In this document: one piece after another, positions 27,748 through 37,063 of the stretch
How positions within the stretch are numbered: the first letter of the stretch is position 1
How the letters are laid out: the number at the start of each line of letters is the position of its first letter
Assembly: GCA_963833885.1 (NCBI GenBank)
Contig: CAWHZU010000023.1
Location: 56,935-120,934 of the forward strand
Source of the DNA: an uncultured Actinomycetota bacterium
GTDB taxonomy: Bacteria; Actinomycetota; Actinomycetes; Streptosporangiales; Streptosporangiaceae
Reading direction: 5' to 3'
DNA: 64,000 nt
Made by a program: the position numbers and the translations under genes
The notes under the pieces: model-generated
Told to the model about the DNA's origin: nothing
The model's database searches: none
Seen by the model: the letters and a program-made list of their open reading frames with translations, nothing else

Positions 27748-29873
27748 TGATGGACCTGATGACGAACGCCGCCGTCGGCGATCACGCCACCACCGCGCCG
27801 CCTTGGGGCGGCAGTACGGGCCGCCGGCTCGTGGCGGGACTGCTCGTACCCCTGGTCACGATCGTGATCGTCGTGCTCGGGCTGCGTACGGCGGGCCCGC
27901 TCCCGGCCGTGCAGGCCGTCGCCTTCGGCCTGGTAATCGTCGGCGCGCTGTCCGGCGCCATCCTCGCCCGTTCAGCGCAGCGGGTGGCCCTGTGGCAGGT
28001 GGCCTTCGGCGCGCTGGCGGCGTCGGTGGCGCTCACCGCCGCGCGCCTGGGCGACCAGCCCGGCGGGCACCAGGTCGCGCGCGGCGTGGCCACGTTCGCC
28101 GTGCCGGTCGTCATCGCCGTCTCCGTGAACATGCTGCTCGCCCTTCCCGACGGCCGGCTGGCCAGCCGGGGCAGGAGAATCGGCACCGGGATCGCCTATG
28201 CCGCGGCGGCCGCGTCTGGGCTGGTGCTGGCGGCCGCCGGGCGCCCGTTCCCTGCCTGGGCGGTCGCGGTGGCCTGGCCGATCGCCGCGGCCTGCGCTCT
28301 CCCCGCGGTGCGGCTGCGCTACCTGGCTGCTGCCGCGCGAGACCAGCAGCGGATGCAATGGATGGCCGTCGGAGCCGTGCTGGCCGCCGATTCGGCGCTG
28401 GTGGCCGGGGTCCTGCACGTGCTCGTCGGCTGGCCGGGCCCGGTCGCCGCCGTGGCGGCGGGGTGCGCGTCACTGCTCGCGTTCGGCATGATGACCGGCG
28501 AGCTGTCGTCGCTCGGGTCCTACGGCGGCCGGGTCCTGGTCCAGGTACTGTCGATCGCCGGGTTCACCACCGTGGTCGCGGCCATCTACCTGGTGATCGT
28601 GCTCGGCATCGGCAGCGGGCCGAGCGACGCCGCCGATCGCGAGGTCCTCGGGCTCTCGATGCTGGCCGCCGCGGTCGCCGCGATCGGGTACCTGCCGGCC
28701 AGGGACCGGCTGGTGGCGTCGGCCACCCGCTTCGTCTACGGGGCCAAGGAGGCCCCCGACGAGACCCTGCGCACCTTCGGCTCGCGGCTGACCAGGGCGA
28801 TCCCCATGGACGAGCTGCTGCTGCAGCTCGCCGAGTCGCTGCGCAAGACCATGGCGCTGACCAGCGCCGAGGTCTACACCGGTCAGGGAGACGTGCTGGA
28901 ACGCGTCGCCGCGGTGCCGGACACCGGACCGCGGTCGGTCGTGGTGACGGACCGGGAGCGCGCTGTCGTGGCCAGGGCCGGGGTTTCCGGGAACGCCTGG
29001 GCCTCGGTCTGGCTGCCCGGTGTGCTGGACGGGCGGGCCCAGGTCCAGGTCAGGGTCGCGCCGGTCAGCCACGCCGGCGAGCTGCTCGGGCTGATCATCG
29101 CGGAGCGGGCCGCCACCGCCGACACGTTCTCCGACGAGGACGACCGGGTGCTGACCGAGCTGGCCCGGCAAGTCGGCCTGGCAGTGCACAACGCGCGGCT
29201 GGACACCGCGCTGCAGACCACGCTGGACGAGCTGCGCAAGCAGGCCGACGAGCTGCGCCAGTCCCGGGCCCGCATCGTGGCCAGCGGCGACGCCGAGCGC
29301 CGCCGGGTGGAGCGCAACCTGCACGACGGCGCGCAGCAGCACCTGGTGGCGATGGCGGTGAACCTGCGCCTGGCCCGGGACATCATGGCCGACGACCCGG
29401 ACGCGGCCGGCGAGATGATGGAGATGCTCGCCGACGAGGTCAAGAACACGATCCAGGAACTGCGCGAGCTCGCGCACGGCATCTACCCGCCGCTGCTGGC
29501 CGACAGCGGGCTCGGCGAGGCGCTCCGCGCGGCGGCGAACCGCAGCCCGCTGGCGGTCACCGTGACCGCCGACGGGATCGGCCGGTACACCCCGGACATC
29601 GAGGCCGCGGTCTACTTCTGCTGCCTGGAGGCGCTGCAGAACGCCGGCAAGCACGCACCGCAGGCCAGGGTGGCGGTACGGGTCTGGGAGGAGTCGGGCG
29701 GCCTGCTGTTCGCGGTCACCGACGACGGCCCGGGTTTCGACGCGGCCTCCGCTCGCAAGGGCCACGGGTTCGTCAACATGGCTGACCGGCTGGGCGCGAT
29801 CGGCGGCACGGCGCGCTGGGAGTCGCAACCCGGCCACGGCGCCCAGGTCCTGGGTACGATCCCGCTCCTCTGA
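27744..29873 (+). CDS. Multi-TM sensor histidine kinase (HisKA_3/NarL-type) with GAF-like linker
   Basis: About 8 predicted N-terminal TM helices, a GAF-like region, an H-box ERRRVERNLHDGAQQHLVAMAV, and a C-terminal HATPase_c (GFVNMADRLGAIGGT). Confidence 0.85.
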   Translation: MMMDLMTNAAVGDHATTAPPWGGSTGRRLVAGLLVPLVTIVIVVLGLRTAGPLPAVQAVAFGLVIVGALSGAILARSAQRVALWQVAFGALAASVALTAARLGDQPGGHQVARGVATFAVPVVIAVSVNMLLALPDGRLASRGRRIGTGIAYAAAAASGLVLAAAGRPFPAWAVAVAWPIAAACALPAVRLRYLAAAARDQQRMQWMAVGAVLAADSALVAGVLHVLVGWPGPVAAVAAGCASLLAFGMMTGELSSLGSYGGRVLVQVLSIAGFTTVVAAIYLVIVLGIGSGPSDAADREVLGLSMLAAAVAAIGYLPARDRLVASATRFVYGAKEAPDETLRTFGSRLTRAIPMDELLLQLAESLRKTMALTSAEVYTGQGDVLERVAAVPDTGPRSVVVTDRERAVVARAGVSGNAWASVWLPGVLDGRAQVQVRVAPVSHAGELLGLIIAERAATADTFSDEDDRVLTELARQVGLAVHNARLDTALQTTLDELRKQADELRQSRARIVASGDAERRRVERNLHDGAQQHLVAMAVNLRLARDIMADDPDAAGEMMEMLADEVKNTIQELRELAHGIYPPLLADSGLGEALRAAANRSPLAVTVTADGIGRYTPDIEAAVYFCCLEALQNAGKHAPQARVAVRVWEESGGLLFAVTDDGPGFDAASARKGHGFVNMADRLGAIGGTARWESQPGHGAQVLGTIPLL

Positions 29874-30056
29874 CCGCCAGGATCCCCGACTGGTCGGCTA
29901 AACGCTGTAGTACACCGCGAAGCTGACGCCAGCGACCACTAACAAGGCAACAGCAGCGATGAGGCACCCGAGAACAAGCCGACGTAATCGCGGTGCATTC
30001 CGGTTTGGCTACCCAGGAGCGTCTATGGCATTCGTCCTCGCCTCGGCCGCCCGGGG

Positions 30057-30449
30057 TCAGCAGGTGGCGAACGAGCCCGAGTTCCGCTCTTCCCAGAGCC
30101 GGCGGATCGTGTCGGAAGCCAGCCGCTCCTTGTTGACGTAGGCGGTCGCGCCGCTCTGGGACGCCGCCGGGGGAAGGTCGGTCGCGTCGTAGGTCGAGCA
30201 CAAGATCACGACCACGTCGGGATGGGCCGCCGTGATCTGCCGCGTGGCCTCGATCCCGCTCATCTCCGGCATGTTGATGTCCATCAGCACGAGAGCCGGG
30301 TGCAGCCGGTCGACCAAGTCGATCGCCTCCCGGCCGCTGGACGCCTCACCGGCGAACTCGAAGCCCTCGAGGCGGCGCAGCACGGCGCGGGCGGCCACGC
30401 GGAATGGCGCCTGATCATCCACGACGAGCACGGAGCGAGGGCTGGTCAC
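30057..30449 (-). CDS. Single-domain response regulator (receiver only, CheY-like)
   Basis: VLVVDDQAPFRVAARAVL...ALVLMDINMPEMSGIEA...VVILCSTYD, 130 aa, no output domain. Confidence 0.85.
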   Translation of the reverse strand: MTSPRSVLVVDDQAPFRVAARAVLRRLEGFEFAGEASSGREAIDLVDRLHPALVLMDINMPEMSGIEATRQITAAHPDVVVILCSTYDATDLPPAASQSGATAYVNKERLASDTIRRLWEERNSGSFATC

Positions 30450-30563
30450 AAGATCAGCCTTTCACGGCCCACGGCCGCTGCCGAGGGTGCTGCCATGCAA
30501 AGCGGGGGTGTGGCCACCCCCCCGGCGTGACCGTTGCTTCCCGCGTTACCTTTCCGCCCTGCG

Positions 30564-31238
30564 TCAACGTTCCTCCCGCTGGCTGAGGAAGACCAGCACC
30601 GCCTTGACCCGGCGGTTAACGTCCTTCTCCTCAGAGAGCCCCAGCTTCGCGAAGATCGAGTTGGTGTGCTTCTCCACGGCGCGCTCGGTGACGAACAAGG
30701 TGGCGGCGATCGCGGAGTTGCTCTTGCCCTGGGCCATCTCGGCCAGGATCTCGGATTCCCGCGGCGTCAGTGAGGACAGGCCCGACTGGCGCTCCTGCGC
30801 GCGGGCGCGCACCAGCTCGTCGACGACCGTGGGGTCGATCACCGAACCGCCCTGCGCCACCACCCGGATCGCCCTGGCCAGCTCGTCCACGCTGCCGATC
30901 CGCTCCTTGAGCAGGTAGCCGCGCCCGGCCGAGCCGTGCTCGAGCAACGCAAGCGCGTACCCGGGGGCGGTGAACTGGGTTAGCACGATCACGCCCATCT
31001 CGGGGTGGTTCTGCCGGATCCAGGCGGCGGCCTTGATGCCCTCGTCGGTGCCGGTGGGCGGCATCCGGATGTCGGTCACGACAACGTCGGGCAGCTGCTC
31101 GCCCACGACAGCAAGTAGCTGCGGCAGGTCGGACGCTGCCCCGACCAGCTCGAAATCCTCGTTGGCCGCGACCAGGCGGGAGATTCCCTCCCTGAGGAGC
31201 ACATGGTCCTCGGCCAGCGCGACCCTGATCTTTCCCAT
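30564..31238 (-). CDS. NarL/LuxR-family response regulator
   Basis: REC plus LuxR HTH (LTPRESEILAEMAQGKSNSAIAATLFVTERAVEKHTNSIFAKL). Start set at MGKIRVALAEDH; ORF 30564-31313 is overextended. Confidence 0.9.
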   Translation of the reverse strand: MGKIRVALAEDHVLLREGISRLVAANEDFELVGAASDLPQLLAVVGEQLPDVVVTDIRMPPTGTDEGIKAAAWIRQNHPEMGVIVLTQFTAPGYALALLEHGSAGRGYLLKERIGSVDELARAIRVVAQGGSVIDPTVVDELVRARAQERQSGLSSLTPRESEILAEMAQGKSNSAIAATLFVTERAVEKHTNSIFAKLGLSEEKDVNRRVKAVLVFLSQREER

Positions 31239-31352
31239 ACCGGATCGGATCGTAGCGCGCCGCCCGGCCACGCGACACCTTCCGGCGCGGCCGGGCCTCA
31301 TCTGTGCCGGCACGTTGGCCGTGCTCAGCCGTCCCGGCGCGGTCCTGGCGCG

Positions 31353-32648
31353 TCAGTCCCCGGCCGACGCTGCTGACGCCTGAGGCACTGGCGCCGGGAT
31401 GTGGCCGTTGGCACCAGCCGGCCCGGTCGGCCTCCTGAGCGTGTCCAGGATCGTGAGCCCCTGCCCGACCATGCCGGCGACGACCTGGCTGACCCCTTCG
31501 GTACCGTTCAGGATCGTGAGGTTCGAGCCAGCGATGCCCTGGGCGGCGGATGCTGAAAGCGCGGGCAGCGCCTCGACAATCCGGTTGGCCGCGATCAGTT
31601 CCTGGTTTCCGTTGGCGAGCGAAGCGGCCTGCGCGTTGTTGGCTGCGGCCTGAGCTTCGGCTCTGGTCCGCTCGGCGTACGCGTCCGCGTCGGCCTGGAT
31701 CCTCGCGGCCTGTGCCTCCGCGGTCGCCAGCGTCGTCCGGCGGTATGCCTCCCCCTCGGCGGCGAACTTGGCCTGGTCGCGTTCGGCTTCAGCAAGAGTG
31801 CGCTGCTTATATGCCTCGGCGTCGGCGGGACGCCGGACTTCGGCCTCCAGCCGCTGCGCAGCCAGATCCGCACGACGCTGGGCCAGCGCGGTCTGCTGCT
31901 CGATGACCTCCTGGGACGCGCGGGCCTCGGCGAGCGGCCCGGACTGCGCGGCCTGGGCCTTGGCCTCCTCGGTCTCGGCCAGGAAGCCGGATTGCTTGAT
32001 CATCAGGTCGCGATCGTATTGCGCCTTCATCGCCGCTGCCTGCTGTTCCTGCTCGGCTGCCCGCTGATCGGCTTGCGCGCGGGCGATGCGCGCCTGGCTT
32101 GCCACCGCCGCAGCGTGCGGGGCAGCAAGGTTGCTGATGTAGCCGGAGGAGTCCTCGATCTCCTGGATCTCCAGGGCATCCACGACGATGCCCAGCTTCT
32201 CCATCTCGCCGTGGCTGCCGTCCTTGACCTCCTGGGCCACCCGGTCCCGTTCCCTGACGATCTGCTCGACCGTAAGCCCGCCGACGATGGACCTGAGATG
32301 CCCGGCGAAGATCCGGCCGACCAGGACCTCCATCCGGCCCTGCTCGGAGAGGAACCGGCGGGCGGCGTTCGCGATGGACACCGGGTCGTCCCCGACCTTG
32401 AACGCTGCCACGGCGCGGACGTTGAGGCGGATGCCCTGGTTCGTGATGCAGTCCTCGACGATCTCGGCTTCCTGAAGCGCCAGCGAGAGCACCCGGGCCC
32501 GCTGCTTGACCGGCATGACGAAGCAGCCGTGGCCGGTCACAATCCGGAACTGGGCGTCCTGCCGCCTGTGCTTGGAGCCGGAGACCAGGAGCGCCTCGTT
32601 GGGCGCAGGTACGTGCCAGAAGAACATATGCGGCTCCCAGTTGCTCAT
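31353..32648 (-). CDS. Flotillin-like SPFH/band-7 protein (FloT/YqiK family)
   Basis: SPFH domain followed by Ala/Glu/Gln-rich coiled-coil flotillin repeats (AEAEAYKQRTLAEAERDQ...). Start ATGA-overlaps the stop of the upstream NfeD-like gene. Confidence 0.85.
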   Translation of the reverse strand: MSNWEPHMFFWHVPAPNEALLVSGSKHRRQDAQFRIVTGHGCFVMPVKQRARVLSLALQEAEIVEDCITNQGIRLNVRAVAAFKVGDDPVSIANAARRFLSEQGRMEVLVGRIFAGHLRSIVGGLTVEQIVRERDRVAQEVKDGSHGEMEKLGIVVDALEIQEIEDSSGYISNLAAPHAAAVASQARIARAQADQRAAEQEQQAAAMKAQYDRDLMIKQSGFLAETEEAKAQAAQSGPLAEARASQEVIEQQTALAQRRADLAAQRLEAEVRRPADAEAYKQRTLAEAERDQAKFAAEGEAYRRTTLATAEAQAARIQADADAYAERTRAEAQAAANNAQAASLANGNQELIAANRIVEALPALSASAAQGIAGSNLTILNGTEGVSQVVAGMVGQGLTILDTLRRPTGPAGANGHIPAPVPQASAASAGD

Positions 32649-32899
32649 CAGGACAGAAACGTGACAAAGACGGAACGCGCCGACATGCACTCGACCACGG
32701 CGACCCTGCTGTGCCTGGGCACCGGCTCGTCCGACCAGGCAGCAAACGCCTCGGTGCCGCCCCGCACCGGGAGCAGCACCTCGCCCGGCCCGTGCGCCGG
32801 GATGGAGACAGTTACTCTCCCGATCGTCCCGACAAGGTCTTGTCGCATGTCAGTCACTGCGGTCAGCCAGCTTTCATCGCCCGCTGCGGACTCCAGCAC
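32648..32899 (-). CDS. NfeD-like OB-fold protein (short, soluble C-terminal-domain type)
   Basis: GRVTVSIPAHGPGEVLLPVRGGTEAFAAWSDEPVPRHSRVAVVE beta-barrel. GTG start. TAAAAT -10-like hexamer (RC at 32924-32929) about 25 nt upstream. Confidence 0.6.
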   Translation of the reverse strand: MLESAAGDESWLTAVTDMRQDLVGTIGRVTVSIPAHGPGEVLLPVRGGTEAFAAWSDEPVPRHSRVAVVECMSARSVFVTFLS

Positions 32900-33001
32900 G
32901 CCGGGCTTGTTAGTAATTGACTCATTTTACCCCTTTTTGCCTTCAGGCGTCTTGGTGGGGATAAGCCGAATCGACACCTGGCCGCAGGGGTTCGGCCGCA
33001 A

Positions 33002-33355
33002 TCAGCCGCCGGTCGGCGCAGCTGACGCCTTGGGCGCCGAGGCAGGGCCGAGACCGGCAAGCCGGCACTGGGGCCTGGTCAGCAGCGACAGCTTGTCATC
33101 GTGCGCGAACGCGGCCTTGCACATGGCCACGGCGCTGGAACCGCACGCGTGCCGCAGGGCCCCGCCGGTGGAACTCGCCGCGTTAACCGTGACGCAGCCA
33201 TCGTGTGACCGCCCGTACCCCCCAGGATTAACGGCCGCCCACACCCCCAGCCCAGCGAACACGGCCAGCAAGACCCCGCCGACAATCGCGATCCCGCGCT
33301 TGTCCCTCCGGGTCAGCGCCTCCGCCTTAGGCTGCTGCGTCTTCCGGTACACCAC
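33002..33355 (-). CDS. Small membrane-anchored Cys-containing hypothetical protein
   Basis: 117 aa, one N-terminal TM (IAIVGGVLLAVFAGLGVWAAV), four Cys in the extracytoplasmic part. No recognisable family. Confidence 0.4.
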   Translation of the reverse strand: MVYRKTQQPKAEALTRRDKRGIAIVGGVLLAVFAGLGVWAAVNPGGYGRSHDGCVTVNAASSTGGALRHACGSSAVAMCKAAFAHDDKLSLLTRPQCRLAGLGPASAPKASAAPTGG

Positions 33356-33644
33356 CGCAGCTTACGTGTCCCGCAACTTTTGATCGAAGCAAGTCTTCAC
33401 GGGCCCCAGCCACTCCAGCCATGATCAAGGTGTGCGGAAACGAGAAAGCTCGTCCTGGCCGAGCAGAGCTCCGCCAGGACGAGCCTGATGAGCCGGTCCC
33501 CCGTTTCATCAATTTGGGTCCCCCAGATAGATGATCGCATGCCCGTCATCTGGGACGATGCACCGGGTGCCCAGATCCGCGGCGTGTCGCACAGCTCGCG
33601 CGCGGTGCGCGGCCCTCGCGTCTGGGGCCGTAGCCTGCGTCGCC

Positions 33645-34382
33645 TCAGGCCGGGCCACGGGAGGCGGCCAGCGGAACCCGGTCGGCCGTCGGCAGGGCGA
33701 ACCGGTAGCCCGAACGCGGCTCGGTGATGAAGAGCTGCTCACCGCCGGGGGATTCGAGCTTCGCGCGAAGCCGGGCCACATAGACCCGGGTGTACTCCGT
33801 CTGCGTCTCATACCCAGGGCCCCAGACCCGCCGCAGCAGCGCCGCATGCGTGAGCAGCACCCCGGGACTGATCGCGAACTGGCGCAGCAGCGCGAACTCC
33901 GTCTGGGTGAGGTGCACCAGCCGGCCGCCCTTGGTGACCCGGCGTCTTCCGAGGTCGATCTCCACGTCTCCGATCGTCACGACCGTGGGCTCGGGCGGGC
34001 TGGCCGGCGCGGGCCTGCTCCGGCGGAGCGTCGCGTTGATCCTGGCCAGGAGCTCCTCGATGCCGAAGGGCTTGGTCATGTAGTCGTCGGCGCCCAGGTT
34101 GAGCGCACGGACCTTGTCGGTCTCGGCCCGGCGGGCCGACACCACGATGATGCCGACGTCGGACAGCTCGCGGATCTCGCGGCACAGCTCGAACCCGTCG
34201 GCGTCGGGCAGCATCAAGTCGAGCAGCACGAGGTCAGGGACGCGGAGCTCGAGTGTCCGCTCGATGGATTCGCCGTTCTTCGAGACGATCACGTCGTGGC
34301 CGCGAACGGACAGGTTCGACCGGACGAGGTCCACGATGTTCTGGTCGTCTTCCACGATCAGGACGACTGTCTTATCAGGCAA
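33645..34382 (-). CDS. OmpR/PhoB-family response regulator (orphan)
   Basis: REC (VLIVEDDQNIVDLV...LVLLDLMLPDADGFEL) plus winged-helix Trans_reg_C (LTQTEFALLRQFAISPGVLLTHAALLRRVWG...YTRVYVARLRAKLE). No adjacent kinase. Confidence 0.9.
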   Translation of the reverse strand: MPDKTVVLIVEDDQNIVDLVRSNLSVRGHDVIVSKNGESIERTLELRVPDLVLLDLMLPDADGFELCREIRELSDVGIIVVSARRAETDKVRALNLGADDYMTKPFGIEELLARINATLRRSRPAPASPPEPTVVTIGDVEIDLGRRRVTKGGRLVHLTQTEFALLRQFAISPGVLLTHAALLRRVWGPGYETQTEYTRVYVARLRAKLESPGGEQLFITEPRSGYRFALPTADRVPLAASRGPA

Positions 34383-34685
34383 CCCGGTATCCCTCCTGTC
34401 CCCGACGACTTCCGTGGGTCCACAACCACGTCCGGCGGACGTGGCGCCCCCGCTCGCTACCCGGGTACTCGAGGAAAATGCCGGCTCGGCACTCCATCTG
34501 CCATGTGCCCGCGACGGCCTGGCTGGCGCGGCCGTGCAACTCCGGACCGCTCACGCCGCCAGACCTGCCGGGCAATGACCCGGCCAGAATAACGGCCAGG
34601 CGAAAGTTGCAACATCGCGCAAAGGATACGATTTCAAGACCGTTACGGTCATGTCCAAATTGCCCGTTCCGATTATCCGGTGCGC

Positions 34686-36752
34686 TCAGCAGCCGCCGAG
34701 GCCCGCCCAGGCGGCCACGGTGTCGCCAACGGAGCCGCCGTCAACCCTCATCGTCCGGTTGGCCACGTAGCCGCAGCCGGCGGTCTCCTCCACGTTGTCC
34801 CAGCTGCCCCCCAGGTCGTACTTGTACGACAGGCTGGTGCTGGCGGTCGCGGTGACGACGGCCGTCCACTGCGTTGGGTTCAGCGGGGTCATCGCGATGC
34901 CCGCCGGGTTCCAGTCCGCCGCGCCCTCGCCAAGCACGGACAGGTTCCCGGCCAGATAGACCGTCTCGCCGGACGGGGTGCCGCCCGGGACGGTTACGGT
35001 CACGGTCTCCATCGCGACCGTGGCCATCGCGTTCACGTCGATGCCCACCGCGCCCATCGCGGGCACGGTCACCGTGGCCTGGCCCGCCACGTTTACCGCC
35101 ACCACGGTGCCGGTGCACCCACCGTTCACGGCGGCGCCGCTGATCACGTCGCAATAGGTGCCGACCGGCAAGCCAGTGCTGAACGTCTCGGTGAGGGCCG
35201 CACTCTCCGCGTTTATCGCGACCCATGCGGCCGAGCCCCGGCTGAACGCGATCACGTTGTCGCCGTCGGTCCACCAGTTCGCCACCGGTGCGGTGCCCGC
35301 CGCGTTGTGCCAGCCCACCATGCCGGTAATGGCGGGCCAGCGCTCCTCGCACTCCCAGGTTCCCTCGCCGCAGCCCGGCGCGGCGACCGCGTTCCCCCCG
35401 GCGCTCGGCGGCCCCTGGTCGTAGCTCGAGAACGCGTAGTCGGACAGCACCATCGGCGTGCCGTAGTCCCAGGCGAGCATGAACACGTTGGCGAGGACGT
35501 AGTCGGCGCCGTCGGCGTAATACAGCGCGCCGCCGTCCCGCTCGGTGTCCTGGTCGTCGACGAACGAGACCGCGTCGGCGCTCGGCACCATGCCCGCCGA
35601 ATTCCAGGACGGGCCGAAGTCGCTCAGCGAGGTGAGCGTTCCGGACGTGAACGCATCGTAGAGATCCCAGCCGTAGCGGTACTCCAGCAGCGAGCCCGTG
35701 CCCTCGTACAGCTCCGGCGTGACCGGCTGCCCGGCGCCGTACTCGACGTCCTGGTAGACGAAGACGGGCTTGGTCAGCAGCGCCTCGATCGCGGCGATGC
35801 TGGCCGGGTTCATCTCCTTCGCCGAGTCCCATCGGAACCCGTCCACGCCGAGCGCGATCAGGCTGTTGAGGTAGGCGGCCTCCTGGTCCTGCACGTAGGT
35901 CAGGCCGGTATTGAGGGTGGCCAGCCCGTCGAGCTGGCAGTTCCACACCTCGTACTCATCATCCCAGTCGGTGATCGAGGTCTGGCAGCTGCTGAAGTCG
36001 GACGGGTCATACAGCGGCGGGTAGTCGTACATGTTCGGGAACGTGGTGCCGTTGTCGCCGACACCGCCGTTGGCCTCGGCGGTCATGTGATGCAGCACCA
36101 CGTCGGCATACACCTTGATCCCAGCGGCGTGGCAGGTCGCGACCATCGAGGCGAGCTGCGCCTCGGTGCCGAACCGGGAGTTCAGGTCGTAGGCGACCGG
36201 CTGGTAGGCCTGCCACCACGGGTAGCCGTCGGCGGCCAGCACCACGGCTTCCTGCGGCGGCGAGATCTGCACCGCGCCGTACCCGTCGGGGCCGAGCACG
36301 TTCGTGCACTCCGAGGCGATCGCGGTCCACGGCCAGTCAAACATCTGCACGATGACATCGGGGTCCGCCGGGGCCGCGCTCACGTCGGAGCCGGCCGGGG
36401 CCGCGCTCACGCCCGGTTCGGCCGGGGCCGCGTTCACGTCGGAGCCGTGCGTCGTCGCCACGTCGGAACTGCGTGCCGCCACCTCGTCCGCGCCGCGCGC
36501 CGCGGCGGGCGCCGGGGAGGCGCTGAGCATGGCAAGGCCAAGGGTCAAGCCGAGCGGCAGGAGCAGGCGGGCTGGCCAGCCGCGCCGCCGGCTGCGGTGC
36601 CGCCCGGTGCGGCGCTGCTGGGCTCGGTGCCGACCGGCCCCGCGCGACTGCGCCCCGCGCGACTGCGCCCCGCGCGACTGCGCGCCGGGTAACTGCGCGC
36701 CGGGTGACTGTGCGCCGCGCGGCCTGACCGTCAAGAGCGGGACGAAACGCAT
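34686..36752 (-). CDS. Secreted GH13 alpha-amylase with C-terminal starch-binding CBM; N-terminus carries pentapeptide repeats
   Basis: GH13 blocks (DVVLHHM, GFRWDSAKE, FVDDQDTER). C-terminal CBM20-like module (VYLAGNLSVLG...SYKYDLGGSWDNVEET). Twin-Arg signal-like SRRRGWPARLLLPLGLTLGLAML. Start uncertain between 36600 and 36872; 36752 (MRFVPLL) chosen. Confidence 0.8.
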   Translation of the reverse strand: MRFVPLLTVRPRGAQSPGAQLPGAQSRGAQSRGAQSRGAGRHRAQQRRTGRHRSRRRGWPARLLLPLGLTLGLAMLSASPAPAAARGADEVAARSSDVATTHGSDVNAAPAEPGVSAAPAGSDVSAAPADPDVIVQMFDWPWTAIASECTNVLGPDGYGAVQISPPQEAVVLAADGYPWWQAYQPVAYDLNSRFGTEAQLASMVATCHAAGIKVYADVVLHHMTAEANGGVGDNGTTFPNMYDYPPLYDPSDFSSCQTSITDWDDEYEVWNCQLDGLATLNTGLTYVQDQEAAYLNSLIALGVDGFRWDSAKEMNPASIAAIEALLTKPVFVYQDVEYGAGQPVTPELYEGTGSLLEYRYGWDLYDAFTSGTLTSLSDFGPSWNSAGMVPSADAVSFVDDQDTERDGGALYYADGADYVLANVFMLAWDYGTPMVLSDYAFSSYDQGPPSAGGNAVAAPGCGEGTWECEERWPAITGMVGWHNAAGTAPVANWWTDGDNVIAFSRGSAAWVAINAESAALTETFSTGLPVGTYCDVISGAAVNGGCTGTVVAVNVAGQATVTVPAMGAVGIDVNAMATVAMETVTVTVPGGTPSGETVYLAGNLSVLGEGAADWNPAGIAMTPLNPTQWTAVVTATASTSLSYKYDLGGSWDNVEETAGCGYVANRTMRVDGGSVGDTVAAWAGLGGC
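36641..36715. repeat. Five tandem copies of a 15 bp unit (CGCGCGACTGCGCCC) encoding GAQS(R/P) pentapeptides at the amylase N-terminus
   Basis: Copies at 36641, 36656, 36671, 36686 and 36701. In-frame period of 15. Confidence 0.7.
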
Positions 36753-37063
36753 CGCTGGGGTGACCTTCCGTGCGTGCCGGCAAGGAGCCAGCGCCCGGGG
36801 ATCGGGCGCCGTGGCATCAGCGACCTTGCGGCGAAGTGCCGCATCCCATTGCTCCCGGTCGCTCCCAGACAAGCCATTTCGGGCCGGACCGCGATACCGG
36901 CCCAGAACGGAGTATCACGTCGTCAGCACCGGGTCGTCAATGGCTGCAACGGTATCGGCGCAGCCATTAAGGCAAGTTTTATGAATTATTTTTAAAATAT
37001 TTCAGGCCACAAGCCTGGTTTACCGTTTCGGCCAAATCTACGTTATGCGGAAAGGAGGATGCC

